Positions 63,549 through 63,693 of a stretch of DNA of 63,693 nt are shown piece after piece. The translations under genes and the position numbers were made by a program. A model generated the notes under the pieces. It saw only the letters and a list, made by a program, of their open reading frames with translations, was not told where the DNA came from and made no database searches. The stretch lies in assembly GCF_001194135.2 (NCBI RefSeq), contig NC_068995.1:22291654-22355346 (forward strand), in the 5' to 3' direction. The first letter of the stretch is position 1. Each line of letters opens with the position of its first letter. The DNA is from Octopus bimaculoides (Eukaryota).

Positions 63549-63585
63549 TCTTTCTGTTGAAGAGCGTAGCTCGAAACGTTAAAGA
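63549..63585 (+). ncRNA. Minimal hammerhead-like motif with an A6>U core variant
   Basis: TCTTT-CTGTTGA-A-GAGC(GTA)GCTC-GAAA-CG-TT-AAAGA: 5-bp stem I, 4-bp stem II and palindromic stem III ACGT. Confidence 0.55.
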
Positions 63586-63693
63586 CTTTCTCTATTCCCG
63601 AGCGTTAAACTAATACATCCTTTTGTCGTTTACACCACTTGTCCACGTTTGTTGTTGTTTTTTTCGTAAATTCTCCTATATATATATATATAT

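Overview
AT-rich, microsatellite-dense animal genomic DNA from a draft short-read assembly with 14 N-gaps, most of them abutting (TA)n, (TG)n or (AAT)n tracts. The repeat content resembles that of octopod cephalopods; this is inferred from remembered repeat families, not from a search. I cannot identify any host protein-coding gene, so the window reads as intergenic or deep-intronic. Recognisable content is almost all transposon relics: six IS630-Tc1-mariner fragments (maT/DD37D, three mariner, one rosa-like, and a TIR- and TSD-complete Tc1 nested in a LINE), two Penelope-like GIY-YIG loci, an L1/Tx1 3' fragment, a cluster of R4/Dong-type LINEs sitting in (AAT)n arrays (50.9-57.5 kb), and about 16 copies of two tRNA-headed SINE families. 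The most notable signal is a dispersed set of minimal hammerhead-ribozyme-like motifs (CUGANGA...GAAA...UH), most with a different self-complementary stem III. One lies just downstream of a Penelope endonuclease ORF. Most long ORFs in the supplied track are artefacts of microsatellites or N-runs.
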